Counted from the whole stretch's first letter, positions 23,491 to 36,610 are shown. The stretch: DNA of 63,549 nucleotides, filler included, from Babesia bigemina (GCF_000981445.1; 6 parts of 6 records of this genome joined end to end with filler, not necessarily neighbours in it), one strand, 5' to 3'. Program-made: numbers and translations. Notes: generated by a model not told the origin, from the sequence alone.

Positions 23491-26400
23491 ATTAAGTCCC
23501 TTAATGCCGAAAAAGAAAAGCTTTCTTGCCCCTTCAAATACTCTGATAAGGAGACTTACTGTCAGTACTACGAGAACCAATTGAAGAAGGCTTCAAAACC
23601 TGACGAATCTAAAAAATTAAGTGAACATGAAAAAAAACGTCAATATCCTAATTACACTATGCTTAATGAGTTGCTTGAAAATTGTAAATCTAAGCACCAT
23701 AAACATCCTCCATCTCCTGCCTTGAAGTCTGTTGAAGAGAAGATTGTCCAGCTTGGTACCCTGGCTGGTAAGCTTGGCGGATTTGTTGGTGAGAGTGAGA
23801 GTGTTAAGAAAGCCGTTATATATGCCATTATCGCTGTAATTAACAGTAATGAAGAGCTTAAAAATGATTACTCTTCTCATGTTACTAACCTTTCTGTGTC
23901 TGTCAACTCTGCTGGGAAGGCTGGTGACACCGCTGTAATTAGTGAGCTAAAAAGTCAAGTAACTAGTCAAATCACTGAGATTAATATGCAACTTAATAAG
24001 CCTAATAACCTTAATTATAACTCTCCTTCTTCCCCCTCTTCCTCTGCTGAGCTAGCCAAATTGCAGTCCAAGTTGGAGGCTTTGAGGAAAGTGAAGGAGC
24101 TTTGTGGATTTTTGACTAATCTTAATAATCAACAAAATGAGCCTAAAAATCTCCTTACTAATTTATGTGATGGCCTCGAGACTTTCCTAGGCTTTGACTC
24201 TGACTCCAAAGGCTACACTGGCCAGGGGATTGTCTACTCCGACTTGGATAGGCTTTGTGACGGGGTGATGGGATTTTTGAGTGGTGTGCTTGAGGATGTC
24301 AGCGAGAAACAGCCTTACAGTGTGGGTAAAACAATACTAATAGAGATTGTTACTGAGCTTAAAAATAATTTATCCACCGGGCGTCAGGGTTTTAGTGTCA
24401 TTGAGCGGGTGGCGCAGAGGGTGCGGGAGTATAATGAGAGGGTGAAAGAGTCTAATAAAAAAGTTAAAGATCCCATTACTACACTTAAAGATAAGATGGA
24501 GCAGCTCAAAATAACGGTAAGTGCAATTTTGAATGATCATTCTGTTGCAGGTGATCCCGCAAAGGTGGACGATGCCAAGTTGACCATTCTCACCAACGTA
24601 AAAAACTGCATTAAATATGCTAAGATATTTAACGGAAAACTTAACACTCATAATACAAATATACGTGACCTAAATCCTGAACTGTCATCTAAAATTACGA
24701 ACGCAAAAACCAGTATAAAATATCAGCGTGACGTCCTCGAGAAGAGGTCAGATGAGCAGTGGAAACTGCTGTCTACTATGGTAGCTCAGATTAGTGATAC
24801 GCTAGAAACACTCAAGCAAAGCGTGAAAGATAAAATAAAATATGAAGTAAGCGTGCTAGTGGACAGATTGAAGTTCAAAGTTGAGAATATAAAGGAAAAA
24901 TTGGAGTATATATTTCAAGCGTTGCAACATTATGTAAAGAAGTTGGACATTTGGTTAATCAATGCCAAAGCAGCCGTATCCGCCGAATCACACAGGGTAG
25001 GAGAAATATTGGAGGAAGTCAAGTGGGACGAGAAAGGTCATAAAGGTGAAAAAAGAAAAGCTGTTGAAGCTGCTGCGAAAAACTTGAGAGGTAGAGCAGA
25101 AGCGCTGCACCAGGTAGGAAATGAGGCTATAACAAAAGTTGTACGGGATGCAGAAGAAGCGCTTAATGATTTAAAACTGATGGACGGAAAACTGAAACTG
25201 AATTTGAATACAGTCAAGAATCAAATCGGACAATTAATCAGCGATTATTTCAAAGGATATGCCACATTAGTAAAGAAAAAAGTGGAAACTATTAGAGGAA
25301 ATGCAGATGGTGGATTAACACAGATTGTACAAGAGACAAAAAATTATTCCAGTCATTATAAAAATTTCAATAACATCGTGCATTCGTGGTTGGACGGTAT
25401 TCTAGGGCATAATGGAGTAGTTCAAGAGAAACTTGGGGAATTTGTTACAAGAAACATTAAGGAGGGCAAGCTGATGGGTACCGAGATAAGTCGTATCCTA
25501 AATGGAGGTGACGAGACATTGTATTCAGCCATTAAGAAGGCCATCAAAAATGCGCTCGACGGCGAAGTAATTACGCCAGCCAGTCAAAAGGTCCAAGGTG
25601 TGATCGGATCCATCCAACGCGACTCATCGAATGAATTAGAAAATTACGTCACTGCTGTCATAGAAGGATGCAAGCAGTTTGCTGAATTACTTGAAAGTAA
25701 ACTAACGTTCGGGCAAATGGAAGAGTTTGTTCAGAAGCTATTAGATGAAATTGAAGGTGACCTGCAGGTACCGAAATCCTCTACAACCGGTCACTATGAC
25801 CTGGAATTGTCGATATCAGCTACTCTTGTATCTCTTGCCGCTAGCGCTCGACAAGTGTCAGAACAGCTAGAAACATTTATAGGTGATAATAACTCGAAAC
25901 TCGATATCACAACAATGGAGGCTGCGCTTAGATCGACTACCGACCTTCACACCGGCATTGATAGATCCCTTAAGTTAGCCAACGATGCTGCTCCAACGTA
26001 CACTCCGGGAACAAAAACAAATCTTGACCAGTATAATATCGACAAAGATATAGCGGCAAAATTGGAAGAGCGCTTGCCAGAAGCCGGTGATGGTAAAGTG
26101 GCCATCGATCCAAAATATTTTTACGACTATGATAGTCACGTGAACCAACGAGGAGTTACGGCCGCCCTCTTGAATGGAGGCACCTTAAAAGGTAAGGCGG
26201 AAGAAGGCACCCTGCCAAAGAAAATCGGAGATATCGCCAGAGGGATAACCGAAGCTTTACAACCAATTGATGGACTTAATGCAGAGGCTGAGACACAGTT
26301 ACAGTTGGTTCATCAGCGTCTCGAGCAATTGTGCGGCTCAATAAGACAATCTGGTGAACTGACGAAGCACTATTTGAACGATTTTATGGACAACAACATT

Positions 26401-29400
26401 GGCGGCACTAAGGACACTGAATTAATTGGTATAAAAAGTCGAATCAGCAAGTTGCTAAGCAAACAAATAACTGATGGTATAACGTTCGCTTCCGCATTTC
26501 TTAACTCAGACGCTCCATTGTTTGAAACAGAATGTATTCAAGTTCTCCAAGATTACGTCTCCTCCCAAATCTCCTCCGCCACCTCCACCCTCACCACTCT
26601 TGCGCGGAAACAATACGTTACCTCCATAAAAGCCCTCCTCACCGCGTTCGCGGACAAGGTCACCGAGGAATTGTCACCGTTGCCGGGGGAGATTGATGCG
26701 GATCTGCGGATCGGGTTCAAGGGGTTGATGAAGACGTTGGAGGATGGTAGTACGCACAAGGATGCAAAGCAACAAGAAAATATTAAACTACTAAGCAATC
26801 TCACCGATAAGTCTGCTTCATCAGGCTCTAAGCCTATGACCTTCACCGAGTTGGCCCAGAGCTTCTATGAATTTTTGATACCTCTGGACACTTACATACA
26901 AAAAGAGATAAAGAATGTGCACAATGAAGAAAATGAAAAGAAAAATCCAAACCCGTCGAACACTGAAACTCTTTACACTGGCAAGTTTAATGCTGTTGTT
27001 AAAGGATTTGAATCTCTCCTCTTCCACCTTATAGAAAGGAAAAAGTACGATTGTAATGTGCCTAATAAACTACAAAACCTCATAGATACACTCACCGACC
27101 TTAAGCCAGAAAACTTCGCCACACCGAATAGCCCGGTCTTGGATGGTGTCATAGAGGGGCTCACGAAATTCGCGGATGAGCTGGACAAGGCGTACATATC
27201 GGTGTATGACAGTCAAATATGCGGTGAACTTATAAAGGACTATAAACAAGTATCCAATCTAACAGGAGTAGTGGAGACGTATGACCTAACTGACGAAGGC
27301 AGGAACTGCGCAAAAGTGTTCCTAAGTATACTCGAGACGCTATTCCACGATCTCCACGTATTAAGGATAAATTGCATTCCAAAAAGTAGTCAGTGGCATA
27401 GTAAGGACGTTTGTTTGTATGACGTGGAGGAAGATGGAAGCCGCGTTGAAAATCGTCTAGGCGGCTGGTTGAGAGGCCGCGGTTTCCGGGTGTCCCAAAC
27501 TAAAGCCAGTCATGATGGTGAATTAAGAATTCAACCTCATTCAACGAAAAATGGAATACACGGATTCATGGTTAACGGCAGCAACGATAAATATCTCTTC
27601 AAGAATAATGATCACAAAGAACAAAGTCGCGCAGTTCAGAAGCTTATCCACCACCTTCACGATTACTGGAAAGTCTGCCACCTCTACATTCCTCATAACC
27701 CCAAAACGCCGTCTAACATCAATCAGATGCTTCAGTGGCTTGCCGGTCTGCGCTTCAGGCCGGACCTCAATCCACTTTATATGTGCTTCAAGGAATCGTT
27801 TCCTAAGCCTGAAGGAATGGAACACTTGTCATATAAGGAAATTAAGCGAGAAGATGTCAAGCTCTCCGCCACCACTACGATCACGTATCAGGAAATGGCA
27901 GCCATAACATTGCGAGATGTTTGTCTGCAATCGTATGACATATTGCTCGCAATCCAAGGCCATGGTCACGCGAGTGGGCGGTACGCAGTTGACTTCCGCA
28001 CAAACGTCGATAATTTAGATTATCCCAGCAACGCTGCATCATGCTTTGACATGCTCGTCGATGTATCATACAGAGTGTATGACCAACTGTATTTCGTATT
28101 CATTCAGTGTCAGCGCACATCGGAGGCTAACAGTTGGCGTGAGTGTTGGTACGGTCGTCATATTGGTGGGTCATCATGGGAGTGCAATTCCATGCAATGT
28201 CCTAACCAACGATGTCCTCAAAAGGTTGACCAAATTGCCAACCAAAACGCTAACCAAAATGCTAATCAAATCGCTAGGCAAACGTGTGACCAGCACCCTA
28301 AGTGCGGTATCAAGTCACCCTTGCAGTCGTTTTTGGAAGACGGCTTACAAGGCTTCCTGCCACATTCACTTACAAAAATTGGCTGCGGAGAAGAGTGTTC
28401 ACTGGGCAAGCACAGAGGGTTACCATGTAAAACGCCAATGGGATATGCTGCCCTTGGTGTTGAAGCATCTCATACGAAAAAGGGTGAGAACCTTGCTGAT
28501 ATTTTAGAAGGTTTCTGTGGCAAACGAAATTCATCGCTTACTCTATTATGCGCGCAATTCACCTGTTTGTTACAGAAAGCACCTCAGTCGTTGGACGACA
28601 TGTTCTCGTTCTTCTACAACTTCCTTAAGGACCGTACTACCAACAGCGAGCATAGGCTGGCGGCATTCGAGAATGCAGTTCGAAAAGCCAATTTCGGCGA
28701 TGCTACTAAACGCTTGGACATTACGTGTATGTTCAGTGACAAATCTCATGGCACTAATGGTACGTCTACTCATATTAAGGGTGACCTGTATTGTCTCTAC
28801 AGTTGCGACTACGATTCCGAACCAGAGATTACTTGCGGTAGATACCTACAGTCTTGCGGCATAAACATATGGTCTACGTTCTCAAGCAAAAACAGCGGCA
28901 GGTATCTGTCGTGGATTGTTTACTTAACTGAAACGTTCTATGATTTGCTGAAGCACTTTACGAGGAGTGCTGCAATAATTGCAACAAGCCGGGCACCAGA
29001 TGCTACGGCAAGATTTGCGCCGAAAAATGCCAAGTGCAAATGTATTACAAATCGCAAGCATCCGATTCTAAGGTTAAAACGCCCGCTACCATCACGCATC
29101 CTAATCACGATAAGCAATGCAAATCTATCGCGACGTGTCCATTCACTCGTCCAACACTGTCGAAGTATGGCTTCGTTCTTCAAAGCTCACACAACCTCAG
29201 TGGTTCACACAATGTGGCATCCAAAAGGACGTGCCAAGATTTGTGCGAAACCTTGAAAAGAGTGCTCAGCGACGAAAAAGATAAAAATAATGTACTTGCT
29301 AAGTTAGTACATGAGACCATCCCGGAGTTCCTTTACCAGATCCGTTTCCCGTTCATGACCCTAACCCTCGCCCTCTGGCTCCTCTCTTTCCTATACCTCC

Positions 29401-29543
29401 TCCACATCATGGTCATACGCCTAGACCTGCTCCACATCAAATCGCATTTGCATAGTCCCTCGAGTCATCGCATAGCTGCTCAATCACTACTTGCTGCTGG
29501 ACGCGTTAACAAGCTTAACAGAGTGTTTTATCTGCAACCTTAA
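23491..29543 (+). pseudogene. ves1: ves C: VESA1a-like, 5' fused to satellite, single frameshift at ~28955
   Basis: ORFs 23581-29256 and 29034-29543 overlap. Restoring one base at AAG CA- CTT TAC gives LLKxLYEECCNNCNKPGTRC, matching the paralog at 38940-39010. Tail ...VNKLNRVFYLQP. The frameshift could be a sequencing error. Confidence 0.8.
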
Positions 29544-29666
29544 TCGTACTCACGTGTTTACTATCTACACTCACCTAGCATCACCTACTCACCTAACTTC
29601 TGAATTGTGCTTTAATCCGTTGTATGACTCATTTATCGTTGTATGTTATTGTGTAATAGTTAACTA

Positions 29667-29850
29667 AAGTGCTGACCAAGATGCTGACCAATGCCATGAC
29701 CAGAGTGCTGACCAATGCCATGACCAATGTGCTGACTAATGCTCTGACCAAGGTGCTGACCAAGGTGCTGACCAATGCCATGACCAAAGTGCTGACCAAT
29801 GCTATGACCAAAGTGTTGACCAAAGTGCTGACCAATGTGTTGACCAAGTT
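29667..29850 (+). repeat. 12-bp tandem repeat (GTGCTGACCAAT-type)
   Basis: About 15 units after the ves C 3' flank. Confidence 0.9.
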
Positions 29851-29852
29851 GA

Positions 29853-30015
29853 TGGTTCCGGCAGCGATGACATGGACACGGCAGCGATGACATGGTTACG
29901 GCAGCGATGAAATGGTCACGGCAGCGATGACAGTTACGGCAGCGATGAAATGGTCACGGCAGCGGTGACATGGTCACGGCAGCGATGGCATGGTCACGGC
30001 AGCGATGGCATGGTG
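29853..30015 (+). repeat. 21-bp tandem repeat (CATGGTCACGGCAGCGATGA-type)
   Basis: About 7 units. Confidence 0.9.
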
Positions 30016-30034
30016 ACCAGAGTAGTGATATATC

Positions 30035-30438
30035 GACTTTACATCGCCCCTAATCCACCCTACATCGCTCCCTAACCCACCTTACATCGCCCCTAATCCA
30101 CCCTACATCGCTCCCTAACCCACCTTACATCGCTCCTTAATCCACTCTACATCGCTCCTTAACCCACTCCACATCGCCCCTTAACCCACTCTACATCGCC
30201 CCTTTATCCACCCTTCATCGCTCCTTTATCCACTCTACATCACCCTTAACCCACTCTACATCGCCCCTTTATCCACTCTACATCGCCCCTTAACCCACTC
30301 CACATCGCTCCTTTATCCACTCCACATCGCTCCCTAACCCACTCTACATCGCCCCTTAACCCACTCTACATCGCTCCTTTATCCACTCTACATCGCTCCT
30401 TTATCCACTCTACATCGCTCCTTAAGCCACTCCACATC
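30035..30438 (+). repeat. 22-bp satellite, C-rich on + strand, ~18 units
   Basis: Upstream of ves D. Confidence 0.9.
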
Positions 30439-30628
30439 CCTCGAATGACTTCGCCTTAATACCGCTATGACCTCCTCAAGCCATATCAATAACTTGTGCC
30501 TTGTGACTCTTCACTTCCCCTCTTCCACCGCTTGCCACTACCATGTCCCATCATGTTCACCTTAACTCCAAATCTCTCGAATTACCTCGCCATATTACCG
30601 CTATGATCTCTATAAACCTTTATAATAA

Positions 30629-33600
30629 CTTGTTGATACTGACCATTCTCTTACTGACGATGCTACTAGAAGAGCCTTGAATGACATTGACTCCAAGCTC
30701 ATTAGCCTTGGTCAGCTTGCTGGACAGCTTGGAGGATTTGTTGGTGAGAGTGAGAGTGTTAAGAAAGCCGTTGAGAATGCTATTATCGCTTGTTTCGACA
30801 TTTATCCGCACCTTAATAATGACCTTAAACATCTTTACTCTTCTCTTGTTTCTAACCTTTCTGAGTCTGTCAACTCTGCTGGCCAGGCTGTTGGCACCCG
30901 TAAAATTAGTGAGCTTAGTCAGCGAGTTAAGAAAGAAATTAATGACCTTAATCAGCGTATTGATAACCTTAATAAACATCCTAATAATCTTCCTCCTTCC
31001 CCCTCTCCCTCTGCTGACTCAGACAAATTGCAGTCCAAGTTGGACGCTTTGAGGAAAGTGGAGAAGCTTTGTGGATTTTATGAGAATCTTAAAAATGCAT
31101 CAAATGATCCTAAAAAGCTCTTAGATAATTTATGTGACGGCCTCGAGAAATTCCTCGGCTTCAACTCTGCTTCCAAAGGCTACGATGGCACCGGCATTGT
31201 GTACTCTGACCTTGATAGGCTGTGTGACGGGGTGATGGCGTTTTTGTATCAGGTGCTCAAGGATGTCAGCGAGAAACAGCCTTACAGTGTGGGTAAAACA
31301 ATACTAAAAGAGATTGTTACTGACCTTGAAACTGAATTATCCACCGGGCGTGATGGTTTTAAGTTCATTGCGCAGGTGGCGGAGAGGGTGCGGGAGTATA
31401 ATGAGGGAGTGAAAACATCGAATGAATATGTCAAAGGTAAAATTAACGAGATGCAAGGACACGTTGACAAGACTTTAACAGATAAGTTAAGATCCATATT
31501 ACTTAATGATGATTCAGATCCACGCAAGACATTGACACAAGAGCAAGTTCAGAAGGTGGAGCAAGCTGTGACGGTCGCCGACCAATTAGTGAAGGACTAC
31601 GCAACAAAAGGTACGGATTTCATAAACGGTTTCCGTGAAAAGAAAGTGTTCAGTTACCGAAGGGGTACGACGTACGAATATAGAGATGAATTTAAGGACT
31701 TGAATCCTGACGTACAACAAAAAATTAATAATGCTATACAAAACATTTCGTATGAAGCTACACGGCTTGGTGCACTCTCCGCCAAGGAACAAAAACACCT
31801 AGAGCAGGTGACAGCGACGATCAAAGATACGTTTAGTTCGCTTAACAGGTGCGTGAATGATGAAATTGGTGTTAAAGTCGGCGCGCTTGTTAGTAACATT
31901 GTGAAGCAAGTTGACGGAATTTTGAAATCGCTTCAGGCCATTGATAAGGAGCTGTGGAAGCATGTTAATGAGTTAGGAAAATGGATTAACACTGCGGATG
32001 AAATTGTGAGAGATGGCATAAATAGGACTAATGGAATTGAAAACAAAGGTGTTGGATCTGTTAATAAGGACAACATTGATAATGTAGTAAAGAACATTAA
32101 TACCGTTTTTTACGGGGCGAAAGATTTTGTCAAGCAGAAAGTTGACGAAGCACTGCAAGCTGTGAAATCTATGGACGATGCGCTCAAAATGGATTTGTTC
32201 ACCGTGAAAGGTAGGATAAAGGAGGCGGTTAAGGCGTTGGGGAAGCAGTTGGATAAGGATGTGAAAGCGGGATTGTGGACGATTGAGCAGCAGATTACGG
32301 AGCCGCTTAATGAGGTTGTTGGCGGTGCACGGGGATTTTTTACGAATTTCGTGGCTACAAAAGAAGCCATTGAGCAGGCAATTGGAATAGTGCAGAAAGA
32401 TTTACAAAATCTTTGGTCTCTTACAGTGGATGAAGGCATTCAAAATGCTTACGGAACTCCTGTCGACACGTCTCTGCTAAAAGCTATTGGTACAGCCGGG
32501 CTTAATCCATTCGAACCTGTTATAACCTATTTCTCGAATCTAGAAAAAACTATCATGACACCTTTAAAAAGCATTATGCAAACGATCAGTGAAAAATGGC
32601 AAAGTGCATTGACATATGAAATGGAGGTCGGGTCTGTTCAATCACTCAAGAGTCTTGTAGACACCCCAGGTTCTGTACCGACTCTAGATGCGAAAGCGTT
32701 GCAGAAATACGGCATTGACCTAACCAAAGATATACGAGCACTAAACCTCAAAACGCATGCTTCATCAATCCTTCAAGCCGTACAACGTCTTAATGGAAAA
32801 CCTCTAAACTTACGAAAAACTGAAGTTACAGAGTTTCTCAAGGAACTTGGCGCCATAGGGGAAGCTGTATCCAAACATTCCAAGCATGTTGTTGAGAAGG
32901 TCATGATTAAAATTCGCGAAAAAATAGAGACAGAGATTGGAGAAGCAGCGGAGGTCATTAAGGATACAGCTGGCAAAATTCAGACTGGTATAGGATACAA
33001 GCAGGCTAACAAAGAATACGATTACGGTAACGGCAAGACGAAGAACGTTAGAGGTCTCCATGCGTTGGTGGAAAATTTTAATGTCCACATTAAACAGGCG
33101 GTTGAAACGTTGCAACAGACGGTCACTACGAAAGCGTTTGTGCATAAAGCTCCCGGTCCAAATAATCAAGACAACTACGAATTTGGCAAAACATTCATGT
33201 CCGCTTTCAACACTACCTACGAGAACAACCTTAAAGAAGGCGATATCAAAACAAACGGTGGAGCCGGTACCAAAAGTGTGCTCGACCAAGAGATCGGCGG
33301 GGATGATCTTCCGAACGGAGGATTATCGGATCGCAAAGTATCTGCACTTGCTGACGGTAAATTCACAAACTACGGAAAACAAGTTAAGCAAGATAGTCTC
33401 ATCCCAGGCAACCCAGAACAATATACAGGCACCCTTCCAGAGAAGATAAGAGAAATTAATACGTATGGTCTACAATTATTTGAAGAAAAGTTAGGTGCCA
33501 AACGAAATCTAAAAGAGATATCTAGTGGCCATCTCAGCGACATCACCGACAACCTAAACCGGCTAATTGAGGCATTCTCAAAAGCCGGTAAATCTGTTAA

Positions 33601-36600
33601 CGCCGAGTTTAAGAAACTCCAAACGAATATCGGCCGTAAAGAACACGGCTCTACAGTTGAGGTTACAAAGGGCTCACTTCAAAAAATTTACGACAATTTG
33701 TCGGATGTTCTTCGTGATAATGTTGCACGTGTCATTCAATCGGCCACCGAATTTGTGAAACTAGAAGCTGACAAACTAAAACAGAATTGCACTAAATCAG
33801 TCACACGACATGTCGACAAGGAATCTCAAGAAGCAATGGACAAACTCATTACTCAAGCGAGAAAGCTGTGCATATCGTCAATGAAGTCTTCCCTTGAACA
33901 ATTTTCGGGGAAGGTCGCCGAGGAACTAAAGCCCCTCCCCGGCGAGATCGACACCGACAGGAAACACGGCTTTAAGGGGTTCATGAGGACGTTGCAGGGG
34001 AAAATCGGAGAGAATGGTGAGACTTCGACTGACAATGTTGACAGACTCAAGGGTCTCGTAGGTCAGCTGTCGAGAAATGTGAATCATAAGGATGCGTTCA
34101 AAAATCTGTCGCAGAAATTCAAGGAGTTCTGCTCACCACTCCACGTCTACCTCAAAGCAGAGATACAACGAGTTCACGATGCAAATAACGAGAAAACCAA
34201 TCCCAAGCCATCTGGCGACGAACAGCTCTACACCTCCAAACTCGACGCTGCGCATTCCGCACTAAACACTCTACTCGATCACATTAGTAATCACCGCTAC
34301 AACCACGAAGTGCCCGCCTTGCTTGACAGTCTCTTCACTAAAGTCGATGGTCTCCACCCCAAGACATTCAATGAACCGAGCACTCCCTTACTTGACGGCG
34401 TTGGGAAGGGGCTGGGTGAGTTTGCGGCTGAACTAGGGAAGGCGTACGTGAGTAGGTATGACGGAGGTGCTACAATTAAAAGATGGACACATAAAGAAAC
34501 TGGAGAAATTGAGTTGACGCCCAATGGCCGAAATGGCGCTAAGGTCTGCCTGCACGTGCTATCCATCTTGCATACGGAATTAAACAGATTGGTGAAGTAT
34601 TGTCAGTCATCTACCAGAAGTGAACAAATAAATAAATCGACCATTGTTGGCGAATTCTTCTTCGACCAAGGCTACGATGTTTCGGACTCTGGCGAGCAGA
34701 ATGGTGAATTGCAAGACCACAAGAGGATGACAGTGTTCTTCATCTACAAACGTCTTTTCCGAGATGATGACAGACATATTTTTAAAGACATTAAGAGAAA
34801 TGGCTCTCTTCAAAAACTTCACGACTGCCTACAAACGTACTACAAGGTTGGCCACGTCGCCACTTTTGCCGCCAAGAGACGCCCGTGTAGCATCTTCGAA
34901 ATGCTGTGCTGGCTGTCTGGTCTGCAGTGCACCGCTGTTTATGAAGAGCTTTTAAATGACAGTCTAAGTGACTTGTTCATAGATCCAAAGAGTCAGGTCA
35001 CCGACGGTGAATTGTCGGCAGCGGTCGGCGTTGAACCCGTGAAGGCATATCCACAGGCGATGGAGTATGACGGCACACGCGCGGCAATAGAACATCTTTG
35101 CTCCACGGCATATGACCTTTTAGTTTACATCCTCGGCACCGGAAACGCGCATACCATGTACGCTTCTGACTTCTCTAACAACTCACTCGGCTTTCATTAT
35201 CCGACTTCCGGTGAGGATTGCCTAGGCATGTTCATGGACGTCCTCAGTAGGCTATTGCCACCGCTGCAATTCATGTACAGCCGATGTACGCTCAGCGTTC
35301 AGCACGGTGGCTGGCAAGAATGCGAGTACGGCAAAAACATAAGGACAACCAAATGGCCATGCAAAGAGCATATTACCGACGAAGTAGCGTGCCGACCAAA
35401 TGACCAACCAAAGTGCCAACCAACGTCCCCCTTAATGTCGTACCTTAACGATTGCTTACCTGGTCACTTACCACACCAATTGAGTTCCATCGGCTGTAAA
35501 TACGATTGCGCCAGCTGCCCGTCTACTTCGAGAAAAGGCCAGCCCTGCATAACGCCACTTGGTTTCCGAGGCTTTTCAGGAAGCACGAAGACAGGCAAAG
35601 ACCTGTGTGCTATCCTGAGCAAAATCATCGAGAATAAACATCTCGCATCGCTATTCTGCCTTGTTACCAAACCGCCAAAAACGTTGCCAGAACACTTCGG
35701 TTTTGCGTTATCATTGGTTAAGGGATGGTCGAATATTTCTAAGTTACAGAACAAAAACGTACCTAATGTCAGTTTCCAATCAGCGTTTGAAGCATCCGTT
35801 CGCGGCTTATCTATTGATCTATATTCAGAACCCTATGAGTTAACCAAATCGTTAACAAAAGCGTACGGCTCGCAGTCCGTTTTCCATGAAGATTGCAAGC
35901 ATCCGCACCTTGTCAATTTCACTAGCTCAGATATATGTCGTTATGATATTGCGGACGTGACCTGCGCTCCCTATCTTCAATCGCTATGCGCAAATTCATA
36001 TGAATACATGGCCATCAAACACTGTGACCTGTACCTATCGTGGGCCATATACCTCTCATGGGATTTCTGGCGATTGCTGAACAATTTGTACAACGACTTC
36101 TGCAACATATTCTGTGCCGATTGGGGTTGCCGCGGCTGCTTGAGAGGCGATACGTGCAAGAAAGGATCGCATGGTCTTACTGACGAAAAAAGCGGGAACC
36201 CACGTTGCCAGTGTTCATCAATAGTGGATTGTAAAGGCGTGTCACCGACGCTGTACCGATATGGATTCAGTTTCTGTGACGCTGTCAAATTGAATGATGA
36301 TAAATATAAAAAGAAGTGTTCCGATTTCTGCAGTCAGTTAAACAAAATGTTAACTTCACAATATTTCAAAGACCTGTTCACCGAGTGTGACAACTTCATT
36401 TGGACCATCAGACAACCTTTCATCTGGCTCAACGTCGCACTCTGGTCACTCTCCCTCTTCTACCTCATCTGCGTAATGGTTGGCAGACTGGATGTCCTCC
36501 ACATCAAATCACATTTACATAGTCCCTCGAGTCATCGCATAGCTGCTCAATCACTACTCGCCGCCGGACGCGTTAACAAGCTTAACAGGGTGTTTTACCT

Positions 36601-36610
36601 GCAGCCATAA
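30629..36610 (+). CDS. ves1: ves D: VESA1a-like antigen, 5'-degenerate; first in-frame ATG at 31235
   Basis: Uninterrupted ~1990-codon frame with LGQLAGQLGGFVG, GIVYSDLDRLCDGVM, Cys-rich domain, TM and YLQP tail; bounded upstream by TAA TAA at 30623-30628. Confidence 0.85.
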   Translation, partial: LVDTDHSLTDDATRRALNDIDSKLISLGQLAGQLGGFVGESESVKKAVENAIIACFDIYPHLNNDLKHLYSSLVSNLSESVNSAGQAVGTRKISELSQRVKKEINDLNQRIDNLNKHPNNLPPSPSPSADSDKLQSKLDALRKVEKLCGFYENLKNASNDPKKLLDNLCDGLEKFLGFNSASKGYDGTGIVYSDLDRLCDGVMAFLYQVLKDVSEKQPYSVGKTILKEIVTDLETELSTGRDGFKFIAQVAERVREYNEGVKTSNEYVKGKINEMQGHVDKTLTDKLRSILLNDDSDPRKTLTQEQVQKVEQAVTVADQLVKDYATKGTDFINGFREKKVFSYRRGTTYEYRDEFKDLNPDVQQKINNAIQNISYEATRLGALSAKEQKHLEQVTATIKDTFSSLNRCVNDEIGVKVGALVSNIVKQVDGILKSLQAIDKELWKHVNELGKWINTADEIVRDGINRTNGIENKGVGSVNKDNIDNVVKNINTVFYGAKDFVKQKVDEALQAVKSMDDALKMDLFTVKGRIKEAVKALGKQLDKDVKAGLWTIEQQITEPLNEVVGGARGFFTNFVATKEAIEQAIGIVQKDLQNLWSLTVDEGIQNAYGTPVDTSLLKAIGTAGLNPFEPVITYFSNLEKTIMTPLKSIMQTISEKWQSALTYEMEVGSVQSLKSLVDTPGSVPTLDAKALQKYGIDLTKDIRALNLKTHASSILQAVQRLNGKPLNLRKTEVTEFLKELGAIGEAVSKHSKHVVEKVMIKIREKIETEIGEAAEVIKDTAGKIQTGIGYKQANKEYDYGNGKTKNVRGLHALVENFNVHIKQAVETLQQTVTTKAFVHKAPGPNNQDNYEFGKTFMSAFNTTYENNLKEGDIKTNGGAGTKSVLDQEIGGDDLPNGGLSDRKVSALADGKFTNYGKQVKQDSLIPGNPEQYTGTLPEKIREINTYGLQLFEEKLGAKRNLKEISSGHLSDITDNLNRLIEAFSKAGKSVNAEFKKLQTNIGRKEHGSTVEVTKGSLQKIYDNLSDVLRDNVARVIQSATEFVKLEADKLKQNCTKSVTRHVDKESQEAMDKLITQARKLCISSMKSSLEQFSGKVAEELKPLPGEIDTDRKHGFKGFMRTLQGKIGENGETSTDNVDRLKGLVGQLSRNVNHKDAFKNLSQKFKEFCSPLHVYLKAEIQRVHDANNEKTNPKPSGDEQLYTSKLDAAHSALNTLLDHISNHRYNHEVPALLDSLFTKVDGLHPKTFNEPSTPLLDGVGKGLGEFAAELGKAYVSRYDGGATIKRWTHKETGEIELTPNGRNGAKVCLHVLSILHTELNRLVKYCQSSTRSEQINKSTIVGEFFFDQGYDVSDSGEQNGELQDHKRMTVFFIYKRLFRDDDRHIFKDIKRNGSLQKLHDCLQTYYKVGHVATFAAKRRPCSIFEMLCWLSGLQCTAVYEELLNDSLSDLFIDPKSQVTDGELSAAVGVEPVKAYPQAMEYDGTRAAIEHLCSTAYDLLVYILGTGNAHTMYASDFSNNSLGFHYPTSGEDCLGMFMDVLSRLLPPLQFMYSRCTLSVQHGGWQECEYGKNIRTTKWPCKEHITDEVACRPNDQPKCQPTSPLMSYLNDCLPGHLPHQLSSIGCKYDCASCPSTSRKGQPCITPLGFRGFSGSTKTGKDLCAILSKIIENKHLASLFCLVTKPPKTLPEHFGFALSLVKGWSNISKLQNKNVPNVSFQSAFEASVRGLSIDLYSEPYELTKSLTKAYGSQSVFHEDCKHPHLVNFTSSDICRYDIADVTCAPYLQSLCANSYEYMAIKHCDLYLSWAIYLSWDFWRLLNNLYNDFCNIFCADWGCRGCLRGDTCKKGSHGLTDEKSGNPRCQCSSIVDCKGVSPTLYRYGFSFCDAVKLNDDKYKKKCSDFCSQLNKMLTSQYFKDLFTECDNFIWTIRQPFIWLNVALWSLSLFYLICVMVGRLDVLHIKSHLHSPSSHRIAAQSLLAAGRVNKLNRVFYLQP

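Noticed and set aside
21971..23581. Head-to-head ves pair like the B. bovis active locus
   Set aside because: The two genes are separated by a gap, both are ves1a-like, and the interval is satellite rather than a bidirectional promoter.
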